Numbered from the stretch's first letter, positions 27,936 through 38,126 are shown. The stretch is 64,000 nucleotides of DNA from an uncultured Gemmatimonadales bacterium (GCA_963828735.1 CAWHFW010000005.1:1088001-1152000); one strand, 5' to 3'. The notes: generated from the sequence alone by a model not told the origin. Numbers and translations are program-made.

Positions 27936-28576
27936 GGCGTCTCGACCTCCTGCTTGCGCAGCGAGAGAGTTTCCTGGCGCTCGTACCCGAAGTCTGCGAT
28001 CATGAACACCGCGTCACGGGACCGGATCTGCACCAGCCGCGAGCGGCCCAGCTGGTCTCCCACCCGCATCTTGTGGCGCTTCCCGTCCGTGCCCTTCTCC
28101 CGCAGCACGATGACGTTGTTGGTCGGCGTCCGGAGATCGAGGTAGACGCCCACGAGGTCGAGATCGGAGATCTCGGGCCCGGTCGAGTCCTTGTTGATCA
28201 GCGAGGTGAACGGGTCGCGCGTGCCGCCCGCGTAGGCGAACGTCTCGCGCATGACCTCGATTTCCCGCGAGCGCTGCACCGAATCGGCCAGCGCGGCCTC
28301 GACCTGCGCGAGCGTGTCGGCGCCCGCCGGCTTGGGCGTGACCCCCGCGGTGGCGGCGAGCGACGTCTCGGACGTCGTATCGGCAGCCGGCGCGGCTTCG
28401 GCCGCGGCGGCAATCTGCTGGTCGCGCGCCTTGGCCAGACTATCGGTACGCGCGCGCACCTTGGTGACCTGCGCCTGGGCGGCCGCGGCGGCCTTGGCCT
28501 CGACGGCCTCGCCGCCGCAGGCGGCCACCGTCGTCAGGGCGAGCAGCGCGACCCCGAACCACGCGTTACGTGCCAC
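27932..28576 (-). CDS. PilP-like lipoprotein
   Basis: Lipobox VAAC, RDPF motif, position between pilO and pilQ. Confidence 0.75.
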   Translation of the reverse strand: MARNAWFGVALLALTTVAACGGEAVEAKAAAAAQAQVTKVRARTDSLAKARDQQIAAAAEAAPAADTTSETSLAATAGVTPKPAGADTLAQVEAALADSVQRSREIEVMRETFAYAGGTRDPFTSLINKDSTGPEISDLDLVGVYLDLRTPTNNVIVLREKGTDGKRHKMRVGDQLGRSRLVQIRSRDAVFMIADFGYERQETLSLRKQEVETP

Positions 28577-29204
28577 TGGCCTCTCCCTCCGCGCTCGCGG
28601 ACTTGACGTACGTACGGATCTGGAACTTGGCCTCGAGCAGCGAGCCGCTCGTGTCGTTCATGGCCTTGGCCGCGTTGCTGTTGGCGGCCGTGACCGACAA
28701 CTCGTAGGGGGCGATGATCCGCTGCAGACTCGCCACGTCGGCCAGGAACTGACCGATCTCGTCGTAGTGCCCGATGACGGACATGTTGTACTTGTAGGTA
28801 TCGAACGGCGCCGGACCCGGCTCGACCGGCAGCGGCACCACCTGGGACAGCGTCACGCCGCGGATCTTGCTCCGGGTCGAGATGTCGTCCAGCAGGTTGG
28901 GCACCTCGTTCCGCTCGGGCACCAGGCGGCGGAGCAGCGCGAGGCTGCCGCGATACGTGTCGAGCCGCTTGCGCAGGTCCTCGACGGTGCCCTTGGCCAG
29001 CTCCTTCTTGGCGCTGTCGGTGGCGGCGTCCAGACGAGCGATCGTGTCGCGCATCGCCACTACCTGCTCCTTGCGCGCCTGGAGTCCCGAGACCCCGAGC
29101 GACTCGACCACGGAGCCGGTGTAGGCCATGTAGCCCACCACCCCGGCGAGCACGGCCACGAGGACCGGCGCGGACTTCTGCGAAGACGAAGACAAGGAGG
29201 CCAT
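28566..29204 (-). CDS. pilO: Type IV pilus assembly protein PilO
   Basis: TM plus coiled coil, EVPNLLDDI, GHYDEIGQFL, LQRII. Confidence 0.88.
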   Translation of the reverse strand: MASLSSSSQKSAPVLVAVLAGVVGYMAYTGSVVESLGVSGLQARKEQVVAMRDTIARLDAATDSAKKELAKGTVEDLRKRLDTYRGSLALLRRLVPERNEVPNLLDDISTRSKIRGVTLSQVVPLPVEPGPAPFDTYKYNMSVIGHYDEIGQFLADVASLQRIIAPYELSVTAANSNAAKAMNDTSGSLLEAKFQIRTYVKSASAEGEASGT

Positions 29205-29210
29205 GGCTGG

Positions 29211-29948
29211 CTACCTCACCGACTGGCTGAGAGGAACCGTCTTGATGTACGCCGAATCCGCCTGGCGGTACGTGGCGCGAATGGTGAACGCGGTCACCGG
29301 CCGGTCCTTCTCCACCACCGTCTGCGCCGAGACCGGCAGGACGTCGGTGATCCACGGCGAGGCTTCGAGCTGGCGGAGAAACCGGGTGTAGGCCTGGATG
29401 TCCACCGTGCGCCCGTTCACCTCGAACTGCACGGCGATCGGGGCGGCCGGCGCCGCGGAGTCGGGCTTCGCGGCGGGCTTGGCGGCCGCAGCGGCGGCCG
29501 GCGTCGGCGCCGGCGTACCCGGTCGCGAGACGGCACCGGCGGGGCCGAGGTCCACGAGCCAGGTGTAGGCCGGAAGCGCGCGGGTCACCTCGTCGAGCAG
29601 GTGGGGCCAGACGTACCGATCGCCATCCACGCTGCGGATGGTGGTGATCTGGGCGACCAGCGAGTCCCGAACCGATTCCTGATGCCGCTTCTCGCTGAGG
29701 AAGGCCTTGAACCGCTTGTTCTCGGCGCGGCTCTGCTCCAGCTGCGGCGTCACCGCGTTGAGCTCGTGCGCCGTGCCGACGAAGACGAATCCGAGCCAGC
29801 CGAGCACCCCGACCCAGCTCACGACGGCGACGAGCAGGAGGGGATCCTTGATCTTGCTGCCCAGCCCGCGCAGGCCGTCGAGCGACCCGGCGAAGGACTT
29901 CCGGGCGCGCTTGCGCTTGAGGTCGGGGCGGAGATTGACGGTGATCAT
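29211..29948 (-). CDS. pilN: Type IV pilus assembly protein PilN
   Basis: ITVNLRP N-terminal motif, TM, LLDEVTRALP..TWL, LEASPW. Confidence 0.88.
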   Translation of the reverse strand: MITVNLRPDLKRKRARKSFAGSLDGLRGLGSKIKDPLLLVAVVSWVGVLGWLGFVFVGTAHELNAVTPQLEQSRAENKRFKAFLSEKRHQESVRDSLVAQITTIRSVDGDRYVWPHLLDEVTRALPAYTWLVDLGPAGAVSRPGTPAPTPAAAAAAKPAAKPDSAAPAAPIAVQFEVNGRTVDIQAYTRFLRQLEASPWITDVLPVSAQTVVEKDRPVTAFTIRATYRQADSAYIKTVPLSQSVR

Positions 29949-29973
29949 CGGTCGTCGTGTCCCTGGGTCGGGG

Positions 29974-31017
29974 TTACGCGGCGCTGCGCAGCGCGAGTCC
30001 GATCGGGAGCATCAGCAGCGGGGCGACCTCGTCGACCGGATACTGGTCGAAGACGCCGTCGGCCACCTGGAGCTTCTCGATCGGGTTGGCCAGCTGGACC
30101 GGGATGCGCAGCCGGTCCGAGAGCACCTTGTTGAGCCGCGGAATGCGCGCGCCGCCGCCCGTGGTGAAGACCCGCGAGATGCCGCCGGCGGAGCGGCTGG
30201 CGGACTGGAGGAACGCCGCCGCGCGCTCGATGCCCACCGCCAGCTCCTCGCCGCGGGACTCGAGGAGCGGATCGAGCGCCTCGTTCGCGTCGGCGCCCTT
30301 GAGGACCGCGTCCGCCTCGTCGGCGGAGAGCCCACGCTCCCGCTGCAGGTCTTCCTTGAAGCGCCGCGTGCCGACCGGGATGTCCCGGGTGAGCACCGGC
30401 ACGCCGTCGTCCAGGATGTTGATGTTGGTGGTCTCGTGCCCGATGTTGACCAGCCCGACGACACCGCGCATGGCCTCGGGGTAGTTCACCTCGAAGGCGT
30501 TGTGCAGGGCGAAGGCGTCCACGTCCACCACGCTGGCCTCGAGCCCGACGTCGGACAGGAGCGCCACCTTGTGCTCCACCAGCTCGCGCTTGGCGGCCAC
30601 GAGGAGCACCGTCATCTGGAGGCCGTCGGCCTCGGGGTCGAGGATCTGGAAGTCGAGCTCGACGTTGTCCATGTCGAACGGCACGTGCTGCTCCGCTTCC
30701 CAGCGGATGACTTCGCGCGCCTCGGCTTCCTTCATCCGGTCCATCGCGATTTTCTTGATGATGACGTCACGGCCGCCCACGGCCGTGACGATCTTCTTCG
30801 ACTTGATGCCGGCGGAGGCCATCAGTCCCTTGATGGCTTCGGCGACAATAGCAGGGTCCATCACCTCGCCGTCGACGATGGCGTCGTTCACGACCGAGGT
30901 GAACGCGACCTTGGTGAGGACCGGCCCGCCCGAGCCGTGCGTGATCGCGACGAGCTTGATCAGGCCGCTGCCGATGTCCAGGCCGACCGTCGTCGCATTG
31001 CGCCCGAAGAGTCCCAT
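29974..31017 (-). CDS. pilM: Type IV pilus assembly protein PilM
   Basis: VGLDIGS, actin-like fold motifs, TGGGA, C-terminal GLALR. Confidence 0.93.
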   Translation of the reverse strand: MGLFGRNATTVGLDIGSGLIKLVAITHGSGGPVLTKVAFTSVVNDAIVDGEVMDPAIVAEAIKGLMASAGIKSKKIVTAVGGRDVIIKKIAMDRMKEAEAREVIRWEAEQHVPFDMDNVELDFQILDPEADGLQMTVLLVAAKRELVEHKVALLSDVGLEASVVDVDAFALHNAFEVNYPEAMRGVVGLVNIGHETTNINILDDGVPVLTRDIPVGTRRFKEDLQRERGLSADEADAVLKGADANEALDPLLESRGEELAVGIERAAAFLQSASRSAGGISRVFTTGGGARIPRLNKVLSDRLRIPVQLANPIEKLQVADGVFDQYPVDEVAPLLMLPIGLALRSAA

Positions 31018-31110
31018 TACGAGTCCGGTTGTTAAGGGGTGGCTCAGGCCTGCTTCATCGCTCCGGGCCTGCGTCGACGCCGGGGCATGAGGGTAGTCCG
31101 GCCCCGAGAG

Positions 31111-31126
31111 GGCAACCGATGTGCCA
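31111..31126 (-). promoter_or_regulatory. Sigma-54 (-24/-12) promoter of pilMNOPQ
   Basis: Minus strand TGGCAC-ATCGG-TTGCC. Confidence 0.85.
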
Positions 31127-31392
31127 CACAAATTGCACTTGGGGAAGTCGTTGGAAGGAAGCGTTTTACTGCGGAGGTCGGCGGCGTTCCGCAGGGCACG
31201 GAAGGCCCCGCTTCTTCTCTTTCGCAAGCCCATTCTCGGGATGCGGGAGTGCAGTCGTTGAACCTTGCAGTGCAACTACTTGCAGAGTGCGGTGATCCGG
31301 CCGATTCTCGAGGCACCGCCCCGAGGATGAGACGCAAAGGAGCCATGCGCGAGCATGGCTCCTTTGATTCATCGGTATCTACGCCGTCACGC

Positions 31393-32583
31393 TCAGTGCA
31401 GCTGCGCCCAGCTCCGGTACGCCAGCGGCTCGGCGAACGCGGAGCCGTTGATGGCCTTGCTCAGCGAGCACGACGAGTACTGGAGGGTGGTGTTACCGCT
31501 GATGCCGTTCTGGTCGTCAATGTCCACGTTCTGCGCCAGCAGCGCGCCGACCACCTTGTTGCCGTTACCGTTGATCTTGATGCCGCCCTTGGCCACGATC
31601 AGGCCGTAGAACTCGAACCCACCGACGATCTCCAGATCGCCCTCCACCAGGAGGAGTCCCTGCCCGCGTGCGCCGGCCGCCATCTTCACCTGCGCCCCGC
31701 TCGCGTAGATGATCGGGAAGTAGGTGGAGCACGCCTTGATGTAGCCAGCGGTGCGCTCGGGCTCGCCCCAGTTGAACCGGTCGGAGACGTCGCAGCGGAA
31801 CGGCGCCGCCGCGAGCAGGTGCGGGGCGGGCATGATCGGTGTGGTCTCGGGAATGACGATGTCCGCGTTTTTCTTGAGCTCGTCGAACGTCACGTCGCCG
31901 AAGATGTTGAAGAAGTCGGAGGTGACGGTCGGATCGTTGGCCACCTCCTTCGGCGCGCCGAAGAGGTTGTCCTGGTCGGCGCTGGCCGCGCCGGTCGTGG
32001 TGGCGCTCCGCACGCCAGCCTGGTCATCGCCCTTGGTGCAGTTCGGGTCCGCGTTGCCCAGGCTGTCCTTGTCCCAGCCACTCGGCAGCGAGTCGTTCCC
32101 GATCACGCTGAACGCGTTGCCGTTGAACTTGACCGGCTTGGTGACGGTGACCGCGGCCTTGGCGCTGGCCGAGACGAAGCTCAGGCGCGCCAGCGTGGCC
32201 ACGCTGCTCCGGGCGAGCTCGGCCCCCGTCGGATCGACGCGGGTGCCGAGGCTCGTGAGCAGGTACAGCTGATCGTTGAGCCGGGTGGCGCTCAGCGTGT
32301 ACTTCAAGTCGGTGCGCCCGGTCATGTACGTGGTGCCGAGCGAGGTGGTCGAGCCGTTGCCCATGTTGTTGAGGGCGTACTGGTCCCAATTGGCCATGAC
32401 GGCCATGGGGCCGGTTTCCGCCGCCTGCGCCGCCTCGGCCGCGTACATCGAGTTCCGGCCGGTGCGCTGCTCCATCGTGCTGGCGTAGAAGGCGCCCGCC
32501 ACCAGCGCGCCGATGACCACGAGCGCGAAGATGGCCGCGGCCAGCGCCATGCCTCGCTCGTTGGTGAGTCTCGGGTTCCGCAT
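31393..32583 (-). CDS. PilX-like minor pilin
   Basis: NERG|MALAAAI class III signal without E5; AAQAAETG; GAGGAG RBS. Confidence 0.8.
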   Translation of the reverse strand: MRNPRLTNERGMALAAAIFALVVIGALVAGAFYASTMEQRTGRNSMYAAEAAQAAETGPMAVMANWDQYALNNMGNGSTTSLGTTYMTGRTDLKYTLSATRLNDQLYLLTSLGTRVDPTGAELARSSVATLARLSFVSASAKAAVTVTKPVKFNGNAFSVIGNDSLPSGWDKDSLGNADPNCTKGDDQAGVRSATTTGAASADQDNLFGAPKEVANDPTVTSDFFNIFGDVTFDELKKNADIVIPETTPIMPAPHLLAAAPFRCDVSDRFNWGEPERTAGYIKACSTYFPIIYASGAQVKMAAGARGQGLLLVEGDLEIVGGFEFYGLIVAKGGIKINGNGNKVVGALLAQNVDIDDQNGISGNTTLQYSSCSLSKAINGSAFAEPLAYRSWAQLH

Positions 32584-32607
32584 GGGTCTCTCCTCGGTGA
32601 CGGTCAT

Positions 32608-33558
32608 CTATGGACGGAGCGCGTTGCGCAGGGCGACGCGGGTCGTCATCGTGAGGCTGTCCAGCTTGGCGTACTGCCCGGTGGTGCGCACCATCTCGTC
32701 GCTCGCGGACTGCAGGCTCACCTGAATGCTCCGGACGTTGTCCGCCACCGTGGTGGCGTTGTTGCTGGCGTCGCGGAAGGTGAACTGGAGGCCGGTGGCC
32801 GTTCCGCTCAACGGGCCCAGCACCGGCTCGAGCGGCGTCCCGACCGTGAGCGGCCGCGAGCGCATGCCGAGCCACGTCTTCCCGCCCGACGTGTAGGACC
32901 GAATCTGCATCAGCTCGAAGGCGCGCACGGGGCCGCCGACGAACATGTTCCCGAATGCGGTCGCGGACGTGATGAGCAGGCCGGCCGGCATCCCGATGCG
33001 GAACCGGATCCCGGCGGTCCCGTCGGGGCAGGCCTGCGCCACGGGAGCGGTCGTGAGCCCCACCGTGAGCCACAGGTCGTCGCCCGACGTGGTCTTGTCG
33101 TTCTCGATGTACAGCATCAGGCTGTCCGTGGTGGTGAGCGTGCGCAGCGCCTGCCACTGGCGCACATCGTTCGGATTGTTGATGACAACGACGTCATTCG
33201 TGCCCGCGGAGAGCTGGCAGGTATAGCCCAGCCCGCGCATCGCCCGGTAGATGACCGAGTCCGGGCCGACCGCACGCAGGTCGGAGTTGGTGCCCGCCGC
33301 CAGCGCTGATCCCGGGAACTTGACCTGGAGCAGCGGCAGGGCCCCCGCGGTGATCTGGTCGTAGCCCACCTCGCGCAGCTCGTTCCCCACGATGAGCGCG
33401 CCCGAGCGGACGTTGTCCTGCATGCCGATGTGCTGGTTCTGCGACCGGCTGACCCGCTGCGTGTTCACCAGCAGCTGGTAGGTGACGGCCGCGACGGCCA
33501 GCATCAGAATCAGGCCGATCATGAGCTCGATGAGCGTGAATCCGCGCCGTGTGGTCAT
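32608..33558 (-). CDS. PilW-like minor pilin
   Basis: RRG|FTLIELM, ELREVGY, C-terminal VALRN. Confidence 0.82.
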   Translation of the reverse strand: MTTRRGFTLIELMIGLILMLAVAAVTYQLLVNTQRVSRSQNQHIGMQDNVRSGALIVGNELREVGYDQITAGALPLLQVKFPGSALAAGTNSDLRAVGPDSVIYRAMRGLGYTCQLSAGTNDVVVINNPNDVRQWQALRTLTTTDSLMLYIENDKTTSGDDLWLTVGLTTAPVAQACPDGTAGIRFRIGMPAGLLITSATAFGNMFVGGPVRAFELMQIRSYTSGGKTWLGMRSRPLTVGTPLEPVLGPLSGTATGLQFTFRDASNNATTVADNVRSIQVSLQSASDEMVRTTGQYAKLDSLTMTTRVALRNALRP

Positions 33559-33560
33559 GG

Positions 33561-33944
33561 TCACTTGCAGTAGAGGGTGATCATCATGGTGTCGGCCCTG
33601 GTGCCGCCGGCCACGCGGTAGCTGAACGTCATCTGCACGTCCCGGGTGAAGTCGCCGGCGGCGCCGAGGAGCACCCACTTTTCCCCGATGCCGGTGGCCG
33701 TGGTGCTGCTGTCCGACTTGACGGCCGGGTTGGTGCAGCCCGGCGATGTCTGGGCCGCATACGCTCGCAGCAGGTCCGCCCGGGCAAGCGCCACCTGGGC
33801 CACCTCGGACGATTTGTTGCCGCGTCCGATCATACGGGTGGCGAGCGCCGAGCTGCCGACCAGCGCCATGACGCCGACGGAGAGCACGACCACCGCCAGC
33901 AGGATCTCGATGATGGTGAAGCCCTGCTCGGATCGCTGGCTCAT
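33561..33944 (-). CDS. PilV-like minor pilin
   Basis: EQG|FTIIEILLAVVVLSVG. Confidence 0.8.
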   Translation of the reverse strand: MSQRSEQGFTIIEILLAVVVLSVGVMALVGSSALATRMIGRGNKSSEVAQVALARADLLRAYAAQTSPGCTNPAVKSDSSTTATGIGEKWVLLGAAGDFTRDVQMTFSYRVAGGTRADTMMITLYCK

Positions 33945-34390
33945 TTGATCACCCGCCCGTACCGGCTGATGAAGATCGTGTCGATGAATGTGGACTTGGT
34001 CAGGATGACGTTCGCCGAGTCGAGCCCGAGGCCGGTGGAGGCGATCCGGACCGAGTCGGCGCCGCCGGCCACGGTGACGCCGTACACGTTGTAGAGGTCG
34101 ATGGGGCGGACGATGGTATCCACGCTGTTGCCGGCCGTCGGCGCCTTCCGGCGCGGCCTGGCGTACACGTAGACCTCGTTGCCGTTGACGCGCAGGATGC
34201 CAGTCTGGTTGGAGCTGATCGCGATCGAGCGCGCGGTGGAGTACAGCGCCGTGATCCGGGCCTTGGCGTTGAGCACGCCGGTGCGATCGAACGCCGAGTT
34301 GAGCTTCGGGATGGCCATGAGCGTGACCAGCCCCATGATCACCACGACGAGCAGCGTCTCGACGAGCGTGAACCCATGGCGGTGCTTCAC
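33941..34390 (-). CDS. FimT/GspH-like minor pilin
   Basis: RHG|FTLVET, ARSIAI, C-terminal ISRYGRV. Confidence 0.8.
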   Translation of the reverse strand: MKHRHGFTLVETLLVVVIMGLVTLMAIPKLNSAFDRTGVLNAKARITALYSTARSIAISSNQTGILRVNGNEVYVYARPRRKAPTAGNSVDTIVRPIDLYNVYGVTVAGGADSVRIASTGLGLDSANVILTKSTFIDTIFISRYGRVIK

Positions 34391-34447
34391 GAACGATTCT
34401 CCTGGGCATGGGAAGCCGGGGAACGGCCGATTTCGGACTCTTCAATT

Positions 34448-34463
34448 GGCAGGAGGCGTACCA
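34448..34463 (-). promoter_or_regulatory. Sigma-54 promoter of the minor pilin operon
   Basis: Minus strand TGGTAC-GCCTC-CTGCC (GG-N10-GC). Confidence 0.7.
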
Positions 34464-34561
34464 CGTGGCGGCGGACGGCAGGACAACGACTTAACGGATC
34501 GCACCCTGCCGGAATCGCGCAAGCCGTTGCAGCCGGCGCGACTCCTTGCGCGATGCCTTCC

Positions 34562-35947
34562 TCAGGCGACCGGCAGCCGCCGCATCTTGTAGAACAGGGT
34601 CCGCAGGCTGATACCCAGCAGGCTCGCCGCCTGGCGGCGGTTGCCGCCCGAGGCCTCGAGCGCGCGCTGGATGGCGCGGCGCTCCACGGCCTCGACCTGG
34701 GTCTTGAGCTCGAGCGAGCCATTCGTCCCGTTCGTGCCGTTGGCCCCGTGGGTGCCGTTGACGTAGGTCCCCTCGACGCCGTTGCGGACGCCGTTGCCGA
34801 TCGCGAAGCTCTTGGGGTCGAGCGGGCCCTCGCCGCCCAGCACAGCCGCGCGCTCGACCGCGTTCCGGAGCTCGCGGACGTTGCCCGGCCAGCTGTGGCT
34901 GGCGAGCGCCGCCAGCGCCGCCGGGGTGACGCTCACCGGGTGCCCGAGCCGCTGCGCGGCCAGCCGCGCGAAGTGGGTGAGCAGCGCCGGCACGTCTTCC
35001 GGCCGTTCGCGGAGCGGCGGCAGGTGGAGGTGCACCACGTTGAGCCGGTAGAAGAGATCCGAGCGGAACTCGCCGCGCTCCGCCGCCTGCTCGAGCGGCT
35101 TGGCTGTGGCCGCGATGACGCGCACGTCCACCCGCTTGGGCTCGCGCCCGCCGACCCGGCGGATCTCGCCCTCCTCGAGCACGCGCAGGAGCTTGGCCTG
35201 CAGGTCGAGCGGCAAGTCGCCGATCTCGTCGAGCAGCAGCGTGCCCTCATGGGCCAGCTCGAACAGGCCCGGACGGTCGGCCGTGGCCCCGGTGAACGCG
35301 CCGCGCATGTGGCCGAACAGCTCGGACTCGAGCAGCTGCTCCGGGATCGCCGCGCAGTTGATCGCGGTGAAGCTCCGCTCGCTCCGCGGACTCATCCGGT
35401 GGATGGCGCGGGCCAGGACTTCCTTGCCCGTGCCGCTCTCGCCGGTGATCAGCACGGTCGTGCTGTGGCGTGCGACCCGGCTCGCGACCTCGAGCAGGTC
35501 CCGCATGGCCTTGCTCTCGGAGACCACGAGGTCCTGGACGGCGCCGGCGCCGAGGCTCGAGCGCAGCGATTCCACCTCGCGGCGAAGCCGCTCCCGCTCC
35601 TCCGCCTTCCGGATGGTCATCGTCACTTCGTCGGGACGGAACGGCTTGTGGAGGTAGTCGTACGCGCCCTCGCGCATGGCGGCGAGCGCGGTGTCCTCGG
35701 AGCCGTAGGCGCTCATCATGATCAGGAGCGCCGAGCCGCCCTCGGCGCGATAGCGCCGCAGGAACGTGAGTCCGTCCATCTTGGGCATCCGCACGTCGCA
35801 CAGGATCGCCTCGAACGGCTCCGCGGTGGCGCGGCGCAGGGCCTGTTCGGGGTCGCCTTCGGCGACCACCTCGTCCCCCGCCTCCTGCAGCAGCAGCGCG
35901 AGCGATTGCCTGAGCCCGGCATCGTCGTCAACGATCAGCAGACGCAT
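34562..35947 (-). CDS. Sigma-54-dependent response regulator (NtrC/PilR family)
   Basis: Receiver, GESGTGKE, GAFTGA, WPGNVREL, Fis-type HTH. Confidence 0.94.
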   Translation of the reverse strand: MRLLIVDDDAGLRQSLALLLQEAGDEVVAEGDPEQALRRATAEPFEAILCDVRMPKMDGLTFLRRYRAEGGSALLIMMSAYGSEDTALAAMREGAYDYLHKPFRPDEVTMTIRKAEERERLRREVESLRSSLGAGAVQDLVVSESKAMRDLLEVASRVARHSTTVLITGESGTGKEVLARAIHRMSPRSERSFTAINCAAIPEQLLESELFGHMRGAFTGATADRPGLFELAHEGTLLLDEIGDLPLDLQAKLLRVLEEGEIRRVGGREPKRVDVRVIAATAKPLEQAAERGEFRSDLFYRLNVVHLHLPPLRERPEDVPALLTHFARLAAQRLGHPVSVTPAALAALASHSWPGNVRELRNAVERAAVLGGEGPLDPKSFAIGNGVRNGVEGTYVNGTHGANGTNGTNGSLELKTQVEAVERRAIQRALEASGGNRRQAASLLGISLRTLFYKMRRLPVA

Positions 35948-37127
35948 CGGAATCACCCGCTAGTGGTAAGAAGACCTTGAACACCGCCCCACCCTCCCGC
36001 GCCCGATCCACCCAGACGACCCCACCGCTCTCGTGTACGGTGCGGGCGACGATGGCGAGTCCGAGCCCCGTGCCCTGCCCCGGCTCCTTCGTGGTGTAGA
36101 ACGGATCGAAGATCCGCTCCCGATCCGCTTCGGCGACGCCCGGGCCATCGTCGGCGACGAACAGCATCACGCCCGGTGTTGCCGGCGGGAGGTCGAGCCG
36201 CCTTGGCCGACGCGACCAGCGCCTGGAGTAGCGGGACGCGGTGTCGGGCTCGTCGGCGGCGCGGTATTGATTGTCACTCGGCTCGAGCACCGTCTGGTGC
36301 GTGCCGATCGTCACCCGGGTCTCAGGCGCGGCCTGGCAGGCATTGGCCACGAGGTTCACCACCACCTGCTCGAGCGCGTGGCGGTTGCCGCGCACCGCGG
36401 GTGCCCCCGGATCGAACCGCACGGCCACATCGTGCCCGCGGAACATGCCCTGCGCCTCGAGGAACTCGGCCACCGTCGCGACCGCGGCGTTGAGATCGGT
36501 GGCGCCCGGCACCATGGACACCGCGGTCGGCGGCCGACCATAGTCCACCAGGCCCTGCACGATGCGCTCGATGCGGTCGATCGCCCCGCGGATCTCACCG
36601 GTCACCGCAGGATCGGCGCCACGCCGCTGCAGCACCTCGAGGTAGGTGGCGATGGCGCCGAGGGGATTCCGCACCTCGTGGGCCACGCCGGCCGCGAGCT
36701 GGCCGATCCCGGCGAGCTTCTCGACCCGCACGATGTGGCTCTGCGCATCCAGCAGGTCTTCGGCCATCGCGCGGTACCGCGCGCTCAACCGGTCCAGCTC
36801 GGCGGTCTCGTAGACCGGCGCCGGGCTTGGCAGGGCGCCGACGGAGAGGCCATCCGCCTCCGCCGCCAGCACCCCCAGTGGCCGCACCACCGACCGGTGC
36901 ACCAGATACGAGCCGAACAGGACGAACACGGCCGTGCTGCCGATCCAGAGCGAGACCAGCGGCCAGAGCGTGTGCCTCAGGTCGCCGCCGTTCAGGAGCA
37001 CCGTCGTGAGCCCGACCAGCATCACGGCGGCGGATGTGACAAAACCGAGGCTGACGAGCAGCTCGGTGCGCAGCGACCGCCGTTGCACGACTCGGGCCTT
37101 ACCCCGCGCGGGGCGGAAGCGGCTCAT
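35928..37127 (-). CDS. Membrane sensor histidine kinase (2 TM, HAMP-like)
   Basis: LAAGVAHEVRNP, FDPFYTTK..GTGLGL; ATG overlaps upstream pilin stop. Confidence 0.9.
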   Translation of the reverse strand: MSRFRPARGKARVVQRRSLRTELLVSLGFVTSAAVMLVGLTTVLLNGGDLRHTLWPLVSLWIGSTAVFVLFGSYLVHRSVVRPLGVLAAEADGLSVGALPSPAPVYETAELDRLSARYRAMAEDLLDAQSHIVRVEKLAGIGQLAAGVAHEVRNPLGAIATYLEVLQRRGADPAVTGEIRGAIDRIERIVQGLVDYGRPPTAVSMVPGATDLNAAVATVAEFLEAQGMFRGHDVAVRFDPGAPAVRGNRHALEQVVVNLVANACQAAPETRVTIGTHQTVLEPSDNQYRAADEPDTASRYSRRWSRRPRRLDLPPATPGVMLFVADDGPGVAEADRERIFDPFYTTKEPGQGTGLGLAIVARTVHESGGVVWVDRAREGGAVFKVFLPLAGDSDASADR

Positions 37128-37516
37128 GGCGTACACGTCGGGGTACCATCGGCCGTGGCCGGCGCGACCGGACCGCCGGTGCCCACATACACCGCGCACA
37201 TGCGGCTGGAGCCCGCGTGCGTGGCCGTGGCTCCCCAGCCCGACTGCGAGACGTTCACCAGCGTGATGGTCACGTTCTCCGAGACATTGTACGGAAACGA
37301 CGGGTCGGGGAGCGGACCATTGTAGTACGTCATGCCGTTCGTGTAGAACGCCTCTTCCGCCGTCACCAGGTTGTGCAGGTCGGAGCGCATGGCCGAGACC
37401 ATCGCGCGCTCCTTCCCGTTGGCGAACTTCGGGACCACGATGGCCACGAGGATGCCGATGACCACGATCACGATCAGGAGCTCGATCAGGGTGAAGCCTC
37501 GATTGTCTGTTCTCAT
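37124..37516 (-). CDS. Divergent PilA-like type IV pilin
   Basis: NRG|FTLIELL, MRSDLHNLVTAEE, C-terminal Cys pair. Confidence 0.88.
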   Translation of the reverse strand: MRTDNRGFTLIELLIVIVVIGILVAIVVPKFANGKERAMVSAMRSDLHNLVTAEEAFYTNGMTYYNGPLPDPSFPYNVSENVTITLVNVSQSGWGATATHAGSSRMCAVYVGTGGPVAPATADGTPTCTP

Positions 37517-37596
37517 GGTGCGTTCTCCCGAATATTCGGGAGCCAATAGAGGTTGACCCAGGACGACGCGAGCTCACGGTCCGACAGGTGATCAGG

Positions 37597-37630
37597 AAAA
37601 GGGGCGGCGACCGCTAGGACCACCGCCCCC
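37597..37630 (-). terminator. Rho-independent terminator after the pilA pair
   Basis: Minus strand GGGGCGGTGG..TCGCCGCCCC followed by TTTTCCT. Confidence 0.75.
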
Positions 37631-37653
37631 TGTTCCCCAGGATCAGCTCCGGC

Positions 37654-38076
37654 TTAGTAGCAGGCCGGCGCACCCTCGGCGGTCACGGCGCCGTTCGGCG
37701 CAACGCCCGAGCCGACATAGATGCCGCAGGTCTGAATCGCGCCCTTGAGGGTCGCGTTGGTCACCACCGCCGACCACCCACCCGCGCTCTGCCGGGTCAC
37801 GGTGATCACGTTGTTGGCCGAAGGCACGAAGGCCACCGTGCCCGCGCCGGCAGTGCCGTTGACCTGCGCCGGGCCCAGCGTGCCCGAGTAGTCCTGGTTA
37901 TCCGAGAAGAAACCCTCTTCCGCCGTCACCAGGTTGCGCAGGTCCGACTTCATGCTGGCCAGCACCGCCTTCTCCTTCGTGTTCGCGAACTTCGGGATCG
38001 CGATAGCCGCCAGAATGCCGATGATGACGACCACGATCAGAAGCTCGATCAGGGTAAAGCCCTTGCGGTTCGACAT
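37654..38076 (-). CDS. pilA: Type IV major pilin, copy 2
   Basis: RKG|FTLIELLIVVVIIGILAAIAIP, C-terminal Cys pair; AGGAG RBS. Confidence 0.9.
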   Translation of the reverse strand: MSNRKGFTLIELLIVVVIIGILAAIAIPKFANTKEKAVLASMKSDLRNLVTAEEGFFSDNQDYSGTLGPAQVNGTAGAGTVAFVPSANNVITVTRQSAGGWSAVVTNATLKGAIQTCGIYVGSGVAPNGAVTAEGAPACY

Positions 38077-38102
38077 TGTGCTGTCTCCTGGGGAGGTGGA
38101 GC

Positions 38103-38126
38103 GGGCGGTGTGACTTCACACCGCCC
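38103..38126. promoter_or_regulatory. 10-bp stem-loop between the pilA copies
   Basis: GGGCGGTGTG-actt-CACACCGCCC, no U-tract. Confidence 0.6.
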
